DNA from: a virus
Lineage: Duplodnaviria; Caudoviricetes
Reading direction: 5' to 3' (one strand)
Length of the DNA stretch: 64,000 nt
IMG/VR virus record: IMGVR_UViG_2974601178_000001
Location: 32,001 to 96,000 of that record
The stretch's first letter is position 1. Every line of letters begins with the position of its first letter. This document shows, piece after piece, positions 30,364 to 40,090 of this stretch. Under the pieces are notes generated by a model that saw only the letters and a list, made by a program, of their open reading frames with translations, was not told the DNA's origin and ran no database searches. The position numbers and the translations under genes are program-made.

Positions 30364-30564
30364 TTATTTATATTCAAAATCAACTTGATCAAACTCGTTT
30401 ACCAATTGCACTTTATAAAATCCACCATTTAAGCCAACCTTATGAGCTTGATCCGCTGGTACGTTGTAACGTGTAAATGGTGCGCTTGTTTCATATTCAA
30501 AAGTAATAACTGTAAACATATTTAAAAACCTTGTGTTAATTGTTCGTTGTTTCAATACGTACAC
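30364..30564 (-). CDS. Hypothetical early protein
   Basis: True start probably MFTVITF; TTGACA...TATAAT promoter upstream. Confidence 0.5.
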   Translation of the reverse strand: MYVLKQRTINTRFLNMFTVITFEYETSAPFTRYNVPADQAHKVGLNGGFYKVQLVNEFDQVDFEYK

Positions 30565-30605
30565 ATTATAAGGATATTTTATCCGCTGTCAACAAGTAAA
30601 AACAA

Positions 30606-31112
30606 TTATTTTAAATATTTTTTAAACCTTGTGCTATAAATTTGCCAGCTGTGATCATCATCTATAACATTTTTAAAAACACTATTCCTTATATTAGGGT
30701 ATTTGATCACCGTTGTTAATGTGTAATCTTTTTTACGTAGATTAAACCGCTCTTGCAAACGTTCAATTAATAAAGCGTGATCCGTTGGTGTTGGTGTCCA
30801 GTCATTGCAACAAAGATCTTTTATACTTTTATCTAATTTGTATAATTCAACTTTAACATTTTTATCGTGCTTGATCCCTCTTGCTTTTAATTCACGTTTT
30901 AAAAGTCGGTGTCGCTTGGCTAAGTATAACAATTTATTTCTAAAAAATTTAACATGCCCCGCATTTAATGTGTAATTTGCTGGTATATCCTTTTGTTTGA
31001 AGCGGTGCGGATGTGTTACTAATTCATTAACTATTCTAGGCAACTCGCGCCATTCTGCAATTAGCCATTGGTCGGTTAGATCGCTTGGATCAATCGTATT
31101 GATTCTAGTCAT
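30606..31112 (-). CDS. denV: Pyrimidine-dimer DNA glycosylase / endonuclease V
   Basis: MTRIN...LxDQxLxAExRELPR, YTLxxGHVKFF, ELKARG as in T4 DenV. Confidence 0.9.
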   Translation of the reverse strand: MTRINTIDPSDLTDQWLIAEWRELPRIVNELVTHPHRFKQKDIPANYTLNAGHVKFFRNKLLYLAKRHRLLKRELKARGIKHDKNVKVELYKLDKSIKDLCCNDWTPTPTDHALLIERLQERFNLRKKDYTLTTVIKYPNIRNSVFKNVIDDDHSWQIYSTRFKKYLK

Positions 31113-31296
31113 AATAAGCCTTTGTTTAAGTTGTTCCAACACGTACAAAGTTATATTATTTTTAAGGTAGTGTAAACAGTTTTATTAAAAGAATTATTTT
31201 TGCAAATAGTTGGTGATCTTTGTTGACAGGTTAAAACTTTTTCTTATATAATAGCAGGACACAAACAGAGAATATTATTTATAAAGGGTATATATT

Positions 31297-31515
31297 ATGA
31301 AAACTAAATTACCAATTAAACGCGGTGGATCTTTTATTGTTGGATCTGATTGCGAGCCGATGTTGTTTACTGAAGCACAAGCTAAAACTTTTATTAAAAA
31401 ATGTATAGCTTATAGGAACAGACAATTTAAAAGGAATAACCCTAATAATACATATAGAGAAAAACTTTTATCAGTAGATAACAGAGGATCATACTTTTCA
31501 TATTCTAGTATTTAA
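31297..31515 (+). CDS. Hypothetical protein, divergent from early block
   Basis: TTGACA-18-TATAAT promoter at 31223. Confidence 0.55.
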   Translation: MKTKLPIKRGGSFIVGSDCEPMLFTEAQAKTFIKKCIAYRNRQFKRNNPNNTYREKLLSVDNRGSYFSYSSI

Positions 31516-31742
31516 AAGTTTAAATTAATCCACAAAAGCCCTTGCAATTAAAAGTGTAAGGGCTTATACTTCCTAACATAGTAAATTGGATTGATTGAAG
31601 ATATACAGGCCCCCTGCTTGTCATTCCTGCGAGCGCCTGTATGCGATTTTAAGAGGGCGTTTTAATAAAGGTAGTTTTGCACAAGTGGATTGAGATCACC
31701 TTATACGGTGTTATACATGCTGAAGGGTAGCGTTTAGAAGAG

Positions 31743-31790
31743 TTACACACAGGCTTATTTAGTTATCCACAGGTAGAAAAGTTATCCACA
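31743..31790 (+). promoter_or_regulatory. Three co-oriented DnaA boxes
   Basis: TTACACACA 31743, TTATCCACA 31763, TTATCCACA 31782. Confidence 0.75.
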
Positions 31791-32210
31791 ATAAAATTAA
31801 TTTAATTTATTTTTAAAAAAGTATTGTAATCTTATATTAGGTGCGTATAATGGAATACATAGAAACAAGCATGCGAACTTTAGCGAAAGCGGGAACGGTG
31901 GAGAATAAAACACCGAGGCTGCGTGAAATTTAAAATGTTATGATATAACATAACAACTATTTTGCTATAATATAACATCTCATATATTTTGATACAGTAT
32001 AATATGGTATTGAAAATGTAATTCGGTTTTTGGGAGATGATTCTAAGTTTTATGAAAATTTTTTGGGTCTCGGGTAAATGATTTTTCTACCCAGTTCTTA
32101 AGTTGTTGATTTTAAAGAATATTATTTTCGTATCGAGTTCTAAATGATTTTTCATAAAATTAGAAGAACCTGTTAACAAGAATGACTTCTATAACAGGTT
32201 CTTATTTTAA

Positions 32211-33299
32211 CTACTTATAATGTAAAGTATGTAACTTACTCTTATATTCCTCTAAATTTTCTGGATGATTCAACGATGCAAACTCTCCAAATAAATCTAC
32301 AGCCATTAAATCTCTATACCAAGAGGCTTCTTCTTTGGTATGGAAAGCTTTAGCTCTGGAACGTTTGTTTATCATAATTTCTGCATACCACCTCTTATTC
32401 AATGTACCATCTTTAGCGTATTCATTTCTATGCCCTTTAAATTTTACACCCAGTACTCCGTTTTTGTTTTTAATTACACCTTTATTATAATTATTCTGTG
32501 CTATGGTGGCTAAGCGTAGATTTAACTTCCTGTTATCTACAATAACTCCGTTAACGTGGTCAGCTTTGTAATCCGTGTTATCTCCTAATCCTAACACACA
32601 ACGGTGAAGGTGCAAAGTTAATTTCCTGCGGTCTTTAGGCGGGGTTATATCTAATCTCCTACAGTTATCTTTACTATAATTAGCTATCACATAACCTGCA
32701 GGATTGTTTACCCACATTATCTTACTCCACACATTGTAGACTTCTTTGTCAACTAAACTAAAACCTATTATCCTCTCTCTTCCTACAATACCACTGAATA
32801 TAGGTATCTTCTTCTCTAGTGTATTATCTGTGTCTGGGCACCAAGTCTCCATATGTTTCTCAAACAAGGAAGCGGATTCTTTATAAACTCGTTTACCACT
32901 ACCACACCCACAACTAGGACTATGTACCTTAATAACTTCCGTAGCTACCTTTTTAAAAGTATTACCACAATGACACTTGAAGAAGTACATAGATGTTTTA
33001 CCCTTTTCACATAACCCTGCATAACCTAGTACACGACAACCTCCATAATCCAAATCTGGTAAGTCATTTTCAGGGTTTTGGTTGTCAATTTTTACAAAGG
33101 TAGCTTTGTGCTTATTAATCCTATGTTTAATGTGATCAACATTCTCCGTTGTGTTTAATATCTCTTTCTTCGTGTATGTATTTTCATAACCTGTACCCTT
33201 ATAACGTATTTTATAACCCCTTCTAGGATTGAAACCAATAACAACAAAAGTATCACCTTCTCCATTCAAAAACTCATCACCTACTTCAATATCCTTCAA
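32211..33299 (-). CDS. HNH homing endonuclease with AP2-like C-terminus
   Basis: CHCG, SCGC, LHRxVL...DHVNGxxxDNRxxNLR, GVLGV...WYAEI; start likely TTG 33299. Confidence 0.8.
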   Translation of the reverse strand: MKDIEVGDEFLNGEGDTFVVIGFNPRRGYKIRYKGTGYENTYTKKEILNTTENVDHIKHRINKHKATFVKIDNQNPENDLPDLDYGGCRVLGYAGLCEKGKTSMYFFKCHCGNTFKKVATEVIKVHSPSCGCGSGKRVYKESASLFEKHMETWCPDTDNTLEKKIPIFSGIVGRERIIGFSLVDKEVYNVWSKIMWVNNPAGYVIANYSKDNCRRLDITPPKDRRKLTLHLHRCVLGLGDNTDYKADHVNGVIVDNRKLNLRLATIAQNNYNKGVIKNKNGVLGVKFKGHRNEYAKDGTLNKRWYAEIMINKRSRAKAFHTKEEASWYRDLMAVDLFGEFASLNHPENLEEYKSKLHTLHYK

Positions 33300-33333
33300 A
33301 ATTTTTACCCTCTTCTTATTTATTAATCCTTTA

Positions 33334-33672
33334 TCAATGAGTATGCACACTGTTAAACATCTTATTAACGCTTCTATTATACTTTCCGCAAACCACTTCC
33401 ACTTTCTTATAACCAACCCACTTATCACCTTGGTAAACCTTTACACGCTTGTTATAGGTGCATTTTGGATAAGATGAATGTCCACTATTCTTCCCACTTA
33501 ATTCAAAAATCCTTTGCGGCAATAGGAACTCTTTATTAACCGTGTTAATCTTTTGTGCAATTTCCTGTTGAATACTCTCAGGTACTTTGTATTCAAAATC
33601 ATGTGGCGCACAAACCTCCATTGATAAAGTGGCTGTTACCATAATTGTAGTGATCACACCTTCGCAAATCAT
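33334..33672 (-). CDS. Hypothetical protein
   Basis: 112 aa, SD AGGAG. Confidence 0.55.
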   Translation of the reverse strand: MICEGVITTIMVTATLSMEVCAPHDFEYKVPESIQQEIAQKINTVNKEFLLPQRIFELSGKNSGHSSYPKCTYNKRVKVYQGDKWVGYKKVEVVCGKYNRSVNKMFNSVHTH

Positions 33673-33906
33673 AATCTTTCTCCTAATAATTAATTTATAA
33701 ACAGGGTAGCTTAATATGAGAAGAGTGTCAAGTTCTTTTTGAAAAGGGTTTCTGTTTATGTTAAATGAAATTAGCCTCAGGGTGTCCTCTCACAACACCT
33801 ACCCTTCCAGAAGGTGATTATCCATCAGACAAAAGAAAACCCCTTGTACGCTCTGTGAAGGCGCAGAAGGGGCTGTTTTGTGATTAGGGTTATCCTTTGT
33901 GTAAAG

Positions 33907-34383
33907 CTACAGTTCGTAAATCGTTACACTAGCATAACACCCATCTAAACAATGGTCAATCAATTCTTTGATAATTTCTTGTTCACATCCACCAAGGCCA
34001 GCGCCAATCCAAGGAACACCAATTTTTAAATCTCGTGGATTCCTTGTGTCAATGTCCTGTAAATATGTGAACAAGTTACAAAACCCGCTTGCAATAGCAC
34101 CATAATTTGCATAACGTTTGCCACTTCTACCATAATACTCTTGACTGCAAAGGTTTATAACTTTTCCACCATTGGATAAATCTCCAAGAGGGATGTTCTT
34201 TTTACCAAAGTCAATCCATTGTTGGTGTTGTTTCATGTAGGCTTGGTATGCTTCTGGAATGCGTTTCCTAATTTCACCAGCGATCCCACTTTTGTACACC
34301 CCTTTCGAATTCGTACCATGTACCAAGTAATCAATCTCACCATTTAATAGAGCGTCTACTGCATTACCCTTAATTATTTTCAT
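33907..34383 (-). CDS. Macrodomain (ADP-ribose processing) protein
   Basis: KGN, LVHGTN...GIA, NLxSQ, PWIGAGLGG. Confidence 0.85.
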   Translation of the reverse strand: MKIIKGNAVDALLNGEIDYLVHGTNSKGVYKSGIAGEIRKRIPEAYQAYMKQHQQWIDFGKKNIPLGDLSNGGKVINLCSQEYYGRSGKRYANYGAIASGFCNLFTYLQDIDTRNPRDLKIGVPWIGAGLGGCEQEIIKELIDHCLDGCYASVTIYEL

Positions 34384-34386
34384 AAA

Positions 34387-34791
34387 TTATTCTCCTTCCT
34401 CAAACATCCACTTATGCACAACACATCCTCTATCATAAATAAATCCCCCAGTCCCAACCCTTTCAGCGTTATCAACCTTTGGACAAGTGCAATCCTTGAA
34501 ACCAAATTGATACGTCTGATAATTCTTATCATAAGGAAATCCCCATAACAATTGCAGAGTTGTCTCCAATGATTGAACACATTCTACAGCATCTTTATAT
34601 GTTTCACAATAGTAGAGAGGTCGATTGTGGATAATATGAATCTTGTCCATAATGGTTTGTATTGCTGAAATTGTACTTTCTGATAAGTCCCTACTTCGTG
34701 CAAAAGAATCATTAACTTTTGGGAATGAATCTTGTGGCAGGGTGTACTCTTTATCAAAAGCTTCCCATCCCGAAAGTATACCTGTTGTCAT
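34387..34791 (-). CDS. Conserved phage hypothetical protein
   Basis: LQxLWGF...CTCPKxDN...CxxH. Confidence 0.7.
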   Translation of the reverse strand: MTTGILSGWEAFDKEYTLPQDSFPKVNDSFARSRDLSESTISAIQTIMDKIHIIHNRPLYYCETYKDAVECVQSLETTLQLLWGFPYDKNYQTYQFGFKDCTCPKVDNAERVGTGGFIYDRGCVVHKWMFEEGE

Positions 34792-35000
34792 AACATCACC
34801 TCCACACCCTTACCAACATTATCCATAATTTTCTCATGTACATCTGTACTCCAAATGGATTTCTCATTTACAATGTAAACACTTCCATTAAAAGGAAAAC
34901 TCACTTCACAACAATGATCTTCTGCAAGTGTGACAGCGTTTGTCCAAATGTCATAGTGACTGCCCATTTGCCAATCCATTTCAATTCTTTTAATGTTCAT
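34788..35000 (-). CDS. Hypothetical protein
   Basis: ATGA overlaps. Confidence 0.6.
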   Translation of the reverse strand: MNIKRIEMDWQMGSHYDIWTNAVTLAEDHCCEVSFPFNGSVYIVNEKSIWSTDVHEKIMDNVGKGVEVML

Positions 35001-35464
35001 AAACCCACCTTAATAAAACCTTCGTCATCACAATCATCGTGGTCGTAGTATACATCTCCAAAAGGAGATAATGCAATGGCAACTTGATCCATAATAGAAT
35101 GATTTTTACCCCAGTGTCCTATTGAGAAAAGGATTTTATCACCTTGTACGATATCTTGGTAGTCTTCTGAACAATCAGGAAAAACTTTTAATGAGCGTTT
35201 GTAATCATCCCCACAACCAAACACTATACTAAGACAATCCATATTATAAGCATGAAGGTGTACTCCATTTGTGAAGGTTTCTGCTTGTGACTTGTAGTCC
35301 TCAGTAAACATAAAGTGCATTCTATTTACAGCATCCGTATGATTTTCCCAATAATAATCAAGTTCTTTTCTGGTGTAAATGTTCAACTGTTTAATAACAG
35401 CATCTAACACACCCACAAGTTTATCTTTACCACATGTTACAAACATTTTTGAATCTACTGACAT
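34997..35464 (-). CDS. Hypothetical protein
   Basis: 155 aa, SD AGGAG. Confidence 0.7.
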   Translation of the reverse strand: MSVDSKMFVTCGKDKLVGVLDAVIKQLNIYTRKELDYYWENHTDAVNRMHFMFTEDYKSQAETFTNGVHLHAYNMDCLSIVFGCGDDYKRSLKVFPDCSEDYQDIVQGDKILFSIGHWGKNHSIMDQVAIALSPFGDVYYDHDDCDDEGFIKVGL

Positions 35465-35466
35465 AG

Positions 35467-35655
35467 TTATTCTCCTAATATTTCCGCTTTCATAACAGCC
35501 ATTTTACACGATAACCATTCTGATAAACGTTCCTCAGCATTAGCAAATATTGAATCCTTGTCAGAAGTTTCCCCTGATGCTAACACAAGTGTAGTAGATT
35601 CATCAATAATGTAAGATACAATGTGATCATCTTCTTCCCAGCTTTGAATTTTCAT
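35467..35655 (-). CDS. Hypothetical protein
   Basis: 62 aa, SD GAGGAG. Confidence 0.6.
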   Translation of the reverse strand: MKIQSWEEDDHIVSYIIDESTTLVLASGETSDKDSIFANAEERLSEWLSCKMAVMKAEILGE

Positions 35656-35692
35656 ATCTTTCTCCTCAAAATTAAATCCTACCTACAATATA

Positions 35693-36145
35693 TCACTTTT
35701 TAAACGAATTCAACACTTTTATAGAATTAATCACCTTGTTGTAATCCTCAACACTTTCTATAAAGTATTCATCTTCGTTCCACAGGAACACAACACCCTC
35801 TTTATAGAAGCAGAGGGAGCCGTTCACAGTGTGGCAATCCTCTTTAATACAATGTATCATCTCATCTGAGAAAGTGGCTGAGATTGCGTTAAAAGTGGTT
35901 TCATTGTAGTTGCTAATGGTTTCCCCTTGGTTGATGTTATCATCTTCTAAAGGTATTTCTTCGAAGAATTGGAATTCATCTTCAGGTATTAAAAGCATAC
36001 CTTCCTCAACACAAATCAACTCTCCGAAAGCATTTATATAACCCTCATAACAATTTTTTGAAAGGTAATAATCCTTATAATATCTTGAATTTGGAGAGGC
36101 TGCTGAAAAATACCCATCTTTATCAATCAAACAAAACTTTCTCAA
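35693..36145 (-). CDS. Hypothetical protein
   Basis: 150 aa. Confidence 0.65.
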   Translation of the reverse strand: MRKFCLIDKDGYFSAASPNSRYYKDYYLSKNCYEGYINAFGELICVEEGMLLIPEDEFQFFEEIPLEDDNINQGETISNYNETTFNAISATFSDEMIHCIKEDCHTVNGSLCFYKEGVVFLWNEDEYFIESVEDYNKVINSIKVLNSFKK

Positions 36146-36162
36146 TTTTGTTCACTCATAAT

Positions 36163-36486
36163 TTATTCTCCTTTTAATTTTACAGTAAGGTATTTGTAAA
36201 ACGAGTGATGGATCTTAATACCAACATCAAACCCTTCTTTCTCTAGATAAGTTTGGATATCTCCAAGAGGAACTTCTCCAGAAGAATCTGTAAAAGGAAG
36301 TGCAGGTACAGTTTCTACATTTCCATATTTATTATATTGCATTTGTAAATCAACTTCTTGCCGATTATTAAACAAACTTGAGAACTCATAAGAATTGAAC
36401 CAAGAGTATACTTCTGGGTATCTGGCTTTAAACTCTTTAATAAAGTGTGCTTTCTTTTCCTGCTGGATCTTTTCTGATAAATTCAT
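36163..36486 (-). CDS. Hypothetical protein
   Basis: 107 aa, SD AGGAG. Confidence 0.65.
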   Translation of the reverse strand: MNLSEKIQQEKKAHFIKEFKARYPEVYSWFNSYEFSSLFNNRQEVDLQMQYNKYGNVETVPALPFTDSSGEVPLGDIQTYLEKEGFDVGIKIHHSFYKYLTVKLKGE

Positions 36487-36623
36487 ATTATTCTCCTAAA
36501 AGTTTTAATATTTAGAAACGAAAAAAAAAAGCTTGCATTAAATTCACCTCCGTTTCAATAAGGTAATATTAATACAAGCTTTCTATTTGGTCAAGAGGTA
36601 TTTTGAAAAATGTTGGATTATTT

Positions 36624-37289
36624 TTACAACAGGGTCTCATTTTCCTCATTTAAACTTTCTAAAAGTATATTTGCATGAAGTAGTAATCCGTTTTTGACAC
36701 GGTCGTCCTCTTGTTCAGAAGCTACTTGCAGGATGAGTGCGTGTTTGTATGTGACATAGGCTTCGTATGCTTGTTGCTCTGTTGGGTATCTTCCTAAGTT
36801 CTTTTGTTGGCCTGAACCGTCGTTACATTGTGCTAAGAATTTACCCCTGTCTTTGTTAAAATGCACACCTTTCTTGTAACTACCTCTTTTTGCGCCTCTG
36901 TCTGTTAATAATTTATTAACTTTACTACTAACAAAAACACAAGCATCGGGAGAATACACTTTATTATTAGGTAGAATTATATCTTTGTCTAATTGTTTAC
37001 CCTTCCGATCTTGGGTCTCCATCCATTGACGGAAGTTAGAGAATGTGTGCCATTCTTTGCAAACAGAAACCTCCTTGTAGGCAGGTTGTTTCTCCTTTGA
37101 TTTAAGACAGTACCCTCTCTCAAGAATACCCATCCACCTCGTATAATAGGGGCAACGAGTATACTTTCCGTTTACTTTTTGTGAGGTCTTATACCAAGAA
37201 TCATTCACCCCTACTCCATACAACAATGTTCTGTGAGCTAAATCTGATTTACTAGCAGTAACTCTCTGAAAATCATATTCTTCTTTCAT
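36624..37289 (-). CDS. Putative HNH-type homing endonuclease
   Basis: YGVGVND, VCKEWHTFSNF, LDKDII, YSPDAC, KGV...LGRY. Confidence 0.8.
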   Translation of the reverse strand: MKEEYDFQRVTASKSDLAHRTLLYGVGVNDSWYKTSQKVNGKYTRCPYYTRWMGILERGYCLKSKEKQPAYKEVSVCKEWHTFSNFRQWMETQDRKGKQLDKDIILPNNKVYSPDACVFVSSKVNKLLTDRGAKRGSYKKGVHFNKDRGKFLAQCNDGSGQQKNLGRYPTEQQAYEAYVTYKHALILQVASEQEDDRVKNGLLLHANILLESLNEENETLL

Positions 37290-38579
37290 CTAAAATTCTA
37301 CCTTATAATTAAAATTATCTATATTACCCAAAACCTTTCTCCAAGAATCCCTCATTAAATTAATCAACTCGTCCTGTTGATCCTTCTTTACAATAAAACT
37401 GTCATGGTAACACAAACAGACCTCACCATTATTAGCAAAGTGCATCATAATATTAGTAGCTATCTGTGAATCTATAAATTGTGCAAGTTTCCAATTCTCT
37501 TTGGTGTAGAAGTATTTGTGTAAAAAGAAGTTGTGCTCTTCTAAAGCCTCAAGGATATCCTTCTCATTAATATCTCCTACACATTCATCTTTTAACAACC
37601 CCCTTATCTCGTATAAGGCTGTTCCACGATTACTTGCATAAAGAAGTGCCATCATTGCCACCTTACACAAGCTTCTCACCTCCTTTTCAGAAAGTGTAGT
37701 GTTGAGTAAGTGTTTTATGTTGTAAGGATCATACTCTTCTGCTAAAGTGATACCCTCAAGAGTGGCGAATATACTTGGATGGATAAACTTAAAATCTACT
37801 TCTGTAGAAGCCTCATCATTAATTTCAATAGTATATCTTTTATCAGAAGATTCTGTTTGAAAACTTCCTACTACATACCACCTACCTCCTTGCTTGATGC
37901 AACTGTGAAATCTGCGTTTATAAACCACAGTGCACACCTCTCCTTCAAAGGTTATTTTGTTCTCTGATAATACTTTATTAACAAGTTTAATCTCCTTAGT
38001 CAAAGAACCTACCCCTTTAAATTTTGAATTAGTTTTAAATACGTTCTTGTTTTTAGTGGAGGCTTCTTCATCTATAATTTCCACAAATTGCATACCATCT
38101 GTCTTATTGATAGCATATTTCTTGCATAAGTTTTTATCTAACATAGATAGGAGTTTTTCATGGAATACTAAGTAGGAAGGCATACTGTCATTGTCGTGTT
38201 TGAAATAACCTTTATATACTTTAAAGTATCCTTTCTCCTCCATAAGATCTAATAATCTTCTTGTCTTCCTATAACTGATCTTCTTGCCCGTTTTCTGCAT
38301 CAAAGGTGTTGTAGAGGAGTATTCATTTGCGTTGAGTGGGAACATACAACCCTTATCGTTATACCTTCTCGCTTTAGCTGCTGCTGTAAGTATAACTCTG
38401 ATAGGTATTTCGTACTCTTTCCCAAACTCTTTTACTAAAGTGTTAACTGCTGAATCTTGCCATTTAGGTGATTTATAAGTAAGAAAGAATGGTTCACATC
38501 CTCTTATTACAAAGTACCTTTCCCATTTATCTAGGCTGTCTAAATTTATCATTTCTGATACCTCTTCTGGTACTATCAA
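37290..38579 (-). CDS. Small PolA/T7-RNAP-superfamily polymerase-like protein lacking exonuclease
   Basis: GGRWY, motif A EVDFxxxHP, motif B RxxxKxxxxxxxY, QxxDS, motif C YHDSFIV. Confidence 0.65.
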   Translation of the reverse strand: MIVPEEVSEMINLDSLDKWERYFVIRGCEPFFLTYKSPKWQDSAVNTLVKEFGKEYEIPIRVILTAAAKARRYNDKGCMFPLNANEYSSTTPLMQKTGKKISYRKTRRLLDLMEEKGYFKVYKGYFKHDNDSMPSYLVFHEKLLSMLDKNLCKKYAINKTDGMQFVEIIDEEASTKNKNVFKTNSKFKGVGSLTKEIKLVNKVLSENKITFEGEVCTVVYKRRFHSCIKQGGRWYVVGSFQTESSDKRYTIEINDEASTEVDFKFIHPSIFATLEGITLAEEYDPYNIKHLLNTTLSEKEVRSLCKVAMMALLYASNRGTALYEIRGLLKDECVGDINEKDILEALEEHNFFLHKYFYTKENWKLAQFIDSQIATNIMMHFANNGEVCLCYHDSFIVKKDQQDELINLMRDSWRKVLGNIDNFNYKVEF

Positions 38580-38669
38580 AACGGGTAAAAGAACTCTACC
38601 CGCTTATAAAATATTATTTAAAATTAATAACTTGTAGGTGAAAACTTACAATCCTGTAGGAAAACGTTA

Positions 38670-38852
38670 TTAAATACCTTTCCTCCCTAATATATCCCCT
38701 TCTTCCCTTATAATCCTTTCCCTAATAATATCCCCTTCTTTAGAGTTAATACATTCTTTGATTAATAACTTTAGGTAGTACTGATTGGACTTACCTTTCC
38801 CAAACTCTTCTTCTATAAATTTAATCATCCAAGTGGGTAATTGTAGATTCAT
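38670..38852 (-). CDS. Small putative DNA-binding (RHH-like) protein
   Basis: MNLQLPTW-helix-helix pattern, SD GAGG. Confidence 0.45.
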   Translation of the reverse strand: MNLQLPTWMIKFIEEEFGKGKSNQYYLKLLIKECINSKEGDIIRERIIREEGDILGRKGI

Positions 38853-38882
38853 ATTATATCCTCAAAGGTTATACTTAGCTGT

Positions 38883-39077
38883 TCAGTCGAAACCTGCTTC
38901 TTTAGGGCTAAGGGGTATGCTCCGATCACCCAACACCCACCATCCTAACAAACAACAATAATCATAAGAGTCCATACTATAACGGGCTTCTTCATCAATG
39001 TAATCATGCACCGAAGATAACTCTTCACCTGTCATGTTAGATTTATCTGAATAAAGTAATTTCGCTATTGATCTCAT
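38883..39077 (-). CDS. Hypothetical protein
   Basis: 64 aa, SD GAGG. Confidence 0.55.
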   Translation of the reverse strand: MRSIAKLLYSDKSNMTGEELSSVHDYIDEEARYSMDSYDYCCLLGWWVLGDRSIPLSPKEAGFD

Positions 39078-39631
39078 GACTTATCCTCGCTACTCTCAAA
39101 ATTAAGTTTACCTTTAACCAAACACAAGGCTAAATACTCTTCATAATAACCTTTGGACTTGGCTCGGTATAGACGTTTATTAAGATTTTCTCTGGTAATA
39201 TTTTTGTCTAAAAGCTTGTTTACTCTCACCCAATCTATATGTGTATAGTCCATGTTTATTCCTCTTTATGTATATTAAAATCTATTATAGCTTAAATAAA
39301 GATGTTTGTCAAACCTTCTCTAACCCATCTGAAAGAACATAACATCTTCTAATAATTCTACCTTATCTTCTCCAGCATTCTCTGTAATATAGACATCCCC
39401 GTTATGATAAGACACCCACTCTAAATCATTATCTAGATCTAAGTAAAGAGTGCCACCTCTCATATCAATCTTGTGTGTATAATTAATTATCATAACACCT
39501 CCAATAAAACTTTATTATAACAGCTACCCTTTAACATAGGAAGCCTTCTGGATGGCTATAAATAAGCCTACTTGTCAACTTCGTATATTATACAAATAGC
39601 CTTCTCTAACACTATACAAAACACGAACCAA

Positions 39632-40090
39632 TCAATAACACCTATCCACACTCCCATCCTTAAACTCAACACTTCCATGTTCAAAACAATCGAGGTACAT
39701 TTCACCAAGGGTATTGCCACATTTACACAACAACTCTTCTCCCATATTATAATTGCAACAACCGTACCCTGATTGAAAAGGAGGAACTACCCCTTCTAAT
39801 AAACTACGTTCTCCAACCACAAGGGTGTCCTTTGTTGCCTTAACTACTTTGTAATATCCTTCTATTCCGTGGTAATCGTATGTCCTGTTGAAAGAGGGAA
39901 GCCCTTTTCGAATATAGAATAACCCTTTCTTCATACGGTAACCACTTTGGTCATAAGGTATTCCATGATCGGTGGTCATCACCTTTTTCATAGAATACGG
40001 TGTCAGGAAGTGGTATTTATCATAAGACACTTTTGCATAATACAAATCCTCTGTCAACAAAGTTTTACATTTTGAACATTTTAATTTCAT
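39632..40090 (-). CDS. Putative Zn-binding hypothetical protein
   Basis: CxxC ... CC ... CxCG. Confidence 0.65.
   Translation of the reverse strand: MKLKCSKCKTLLTEDLYYAKVSYDKYHFLTPYSMKKVMTTDHGIPYDQSGYRMKKGLFYIRKGLPSFNRTYDYHGIEGYYKVVKATKDTLVVGERSLLEGVVPPFQSGYGCCNYNMGEELLCKCGNTLGEMYLDCFEHGSVEFKDGSVDRCY

Noticed and set aside
36521-36530. A10 tract as a phase-variation or slippage site
   Set aside because: Lies at the end of a hairpin in an intergenic leader; more simply a terminator tail or homopolymer error
37872-37881. Self-target of the putative TnpB guide (TACATACCAC)
   Set aside because: Only a 10-nt match not covering the guide 5' seed; plausible by chance; no full match seen by eye in the window
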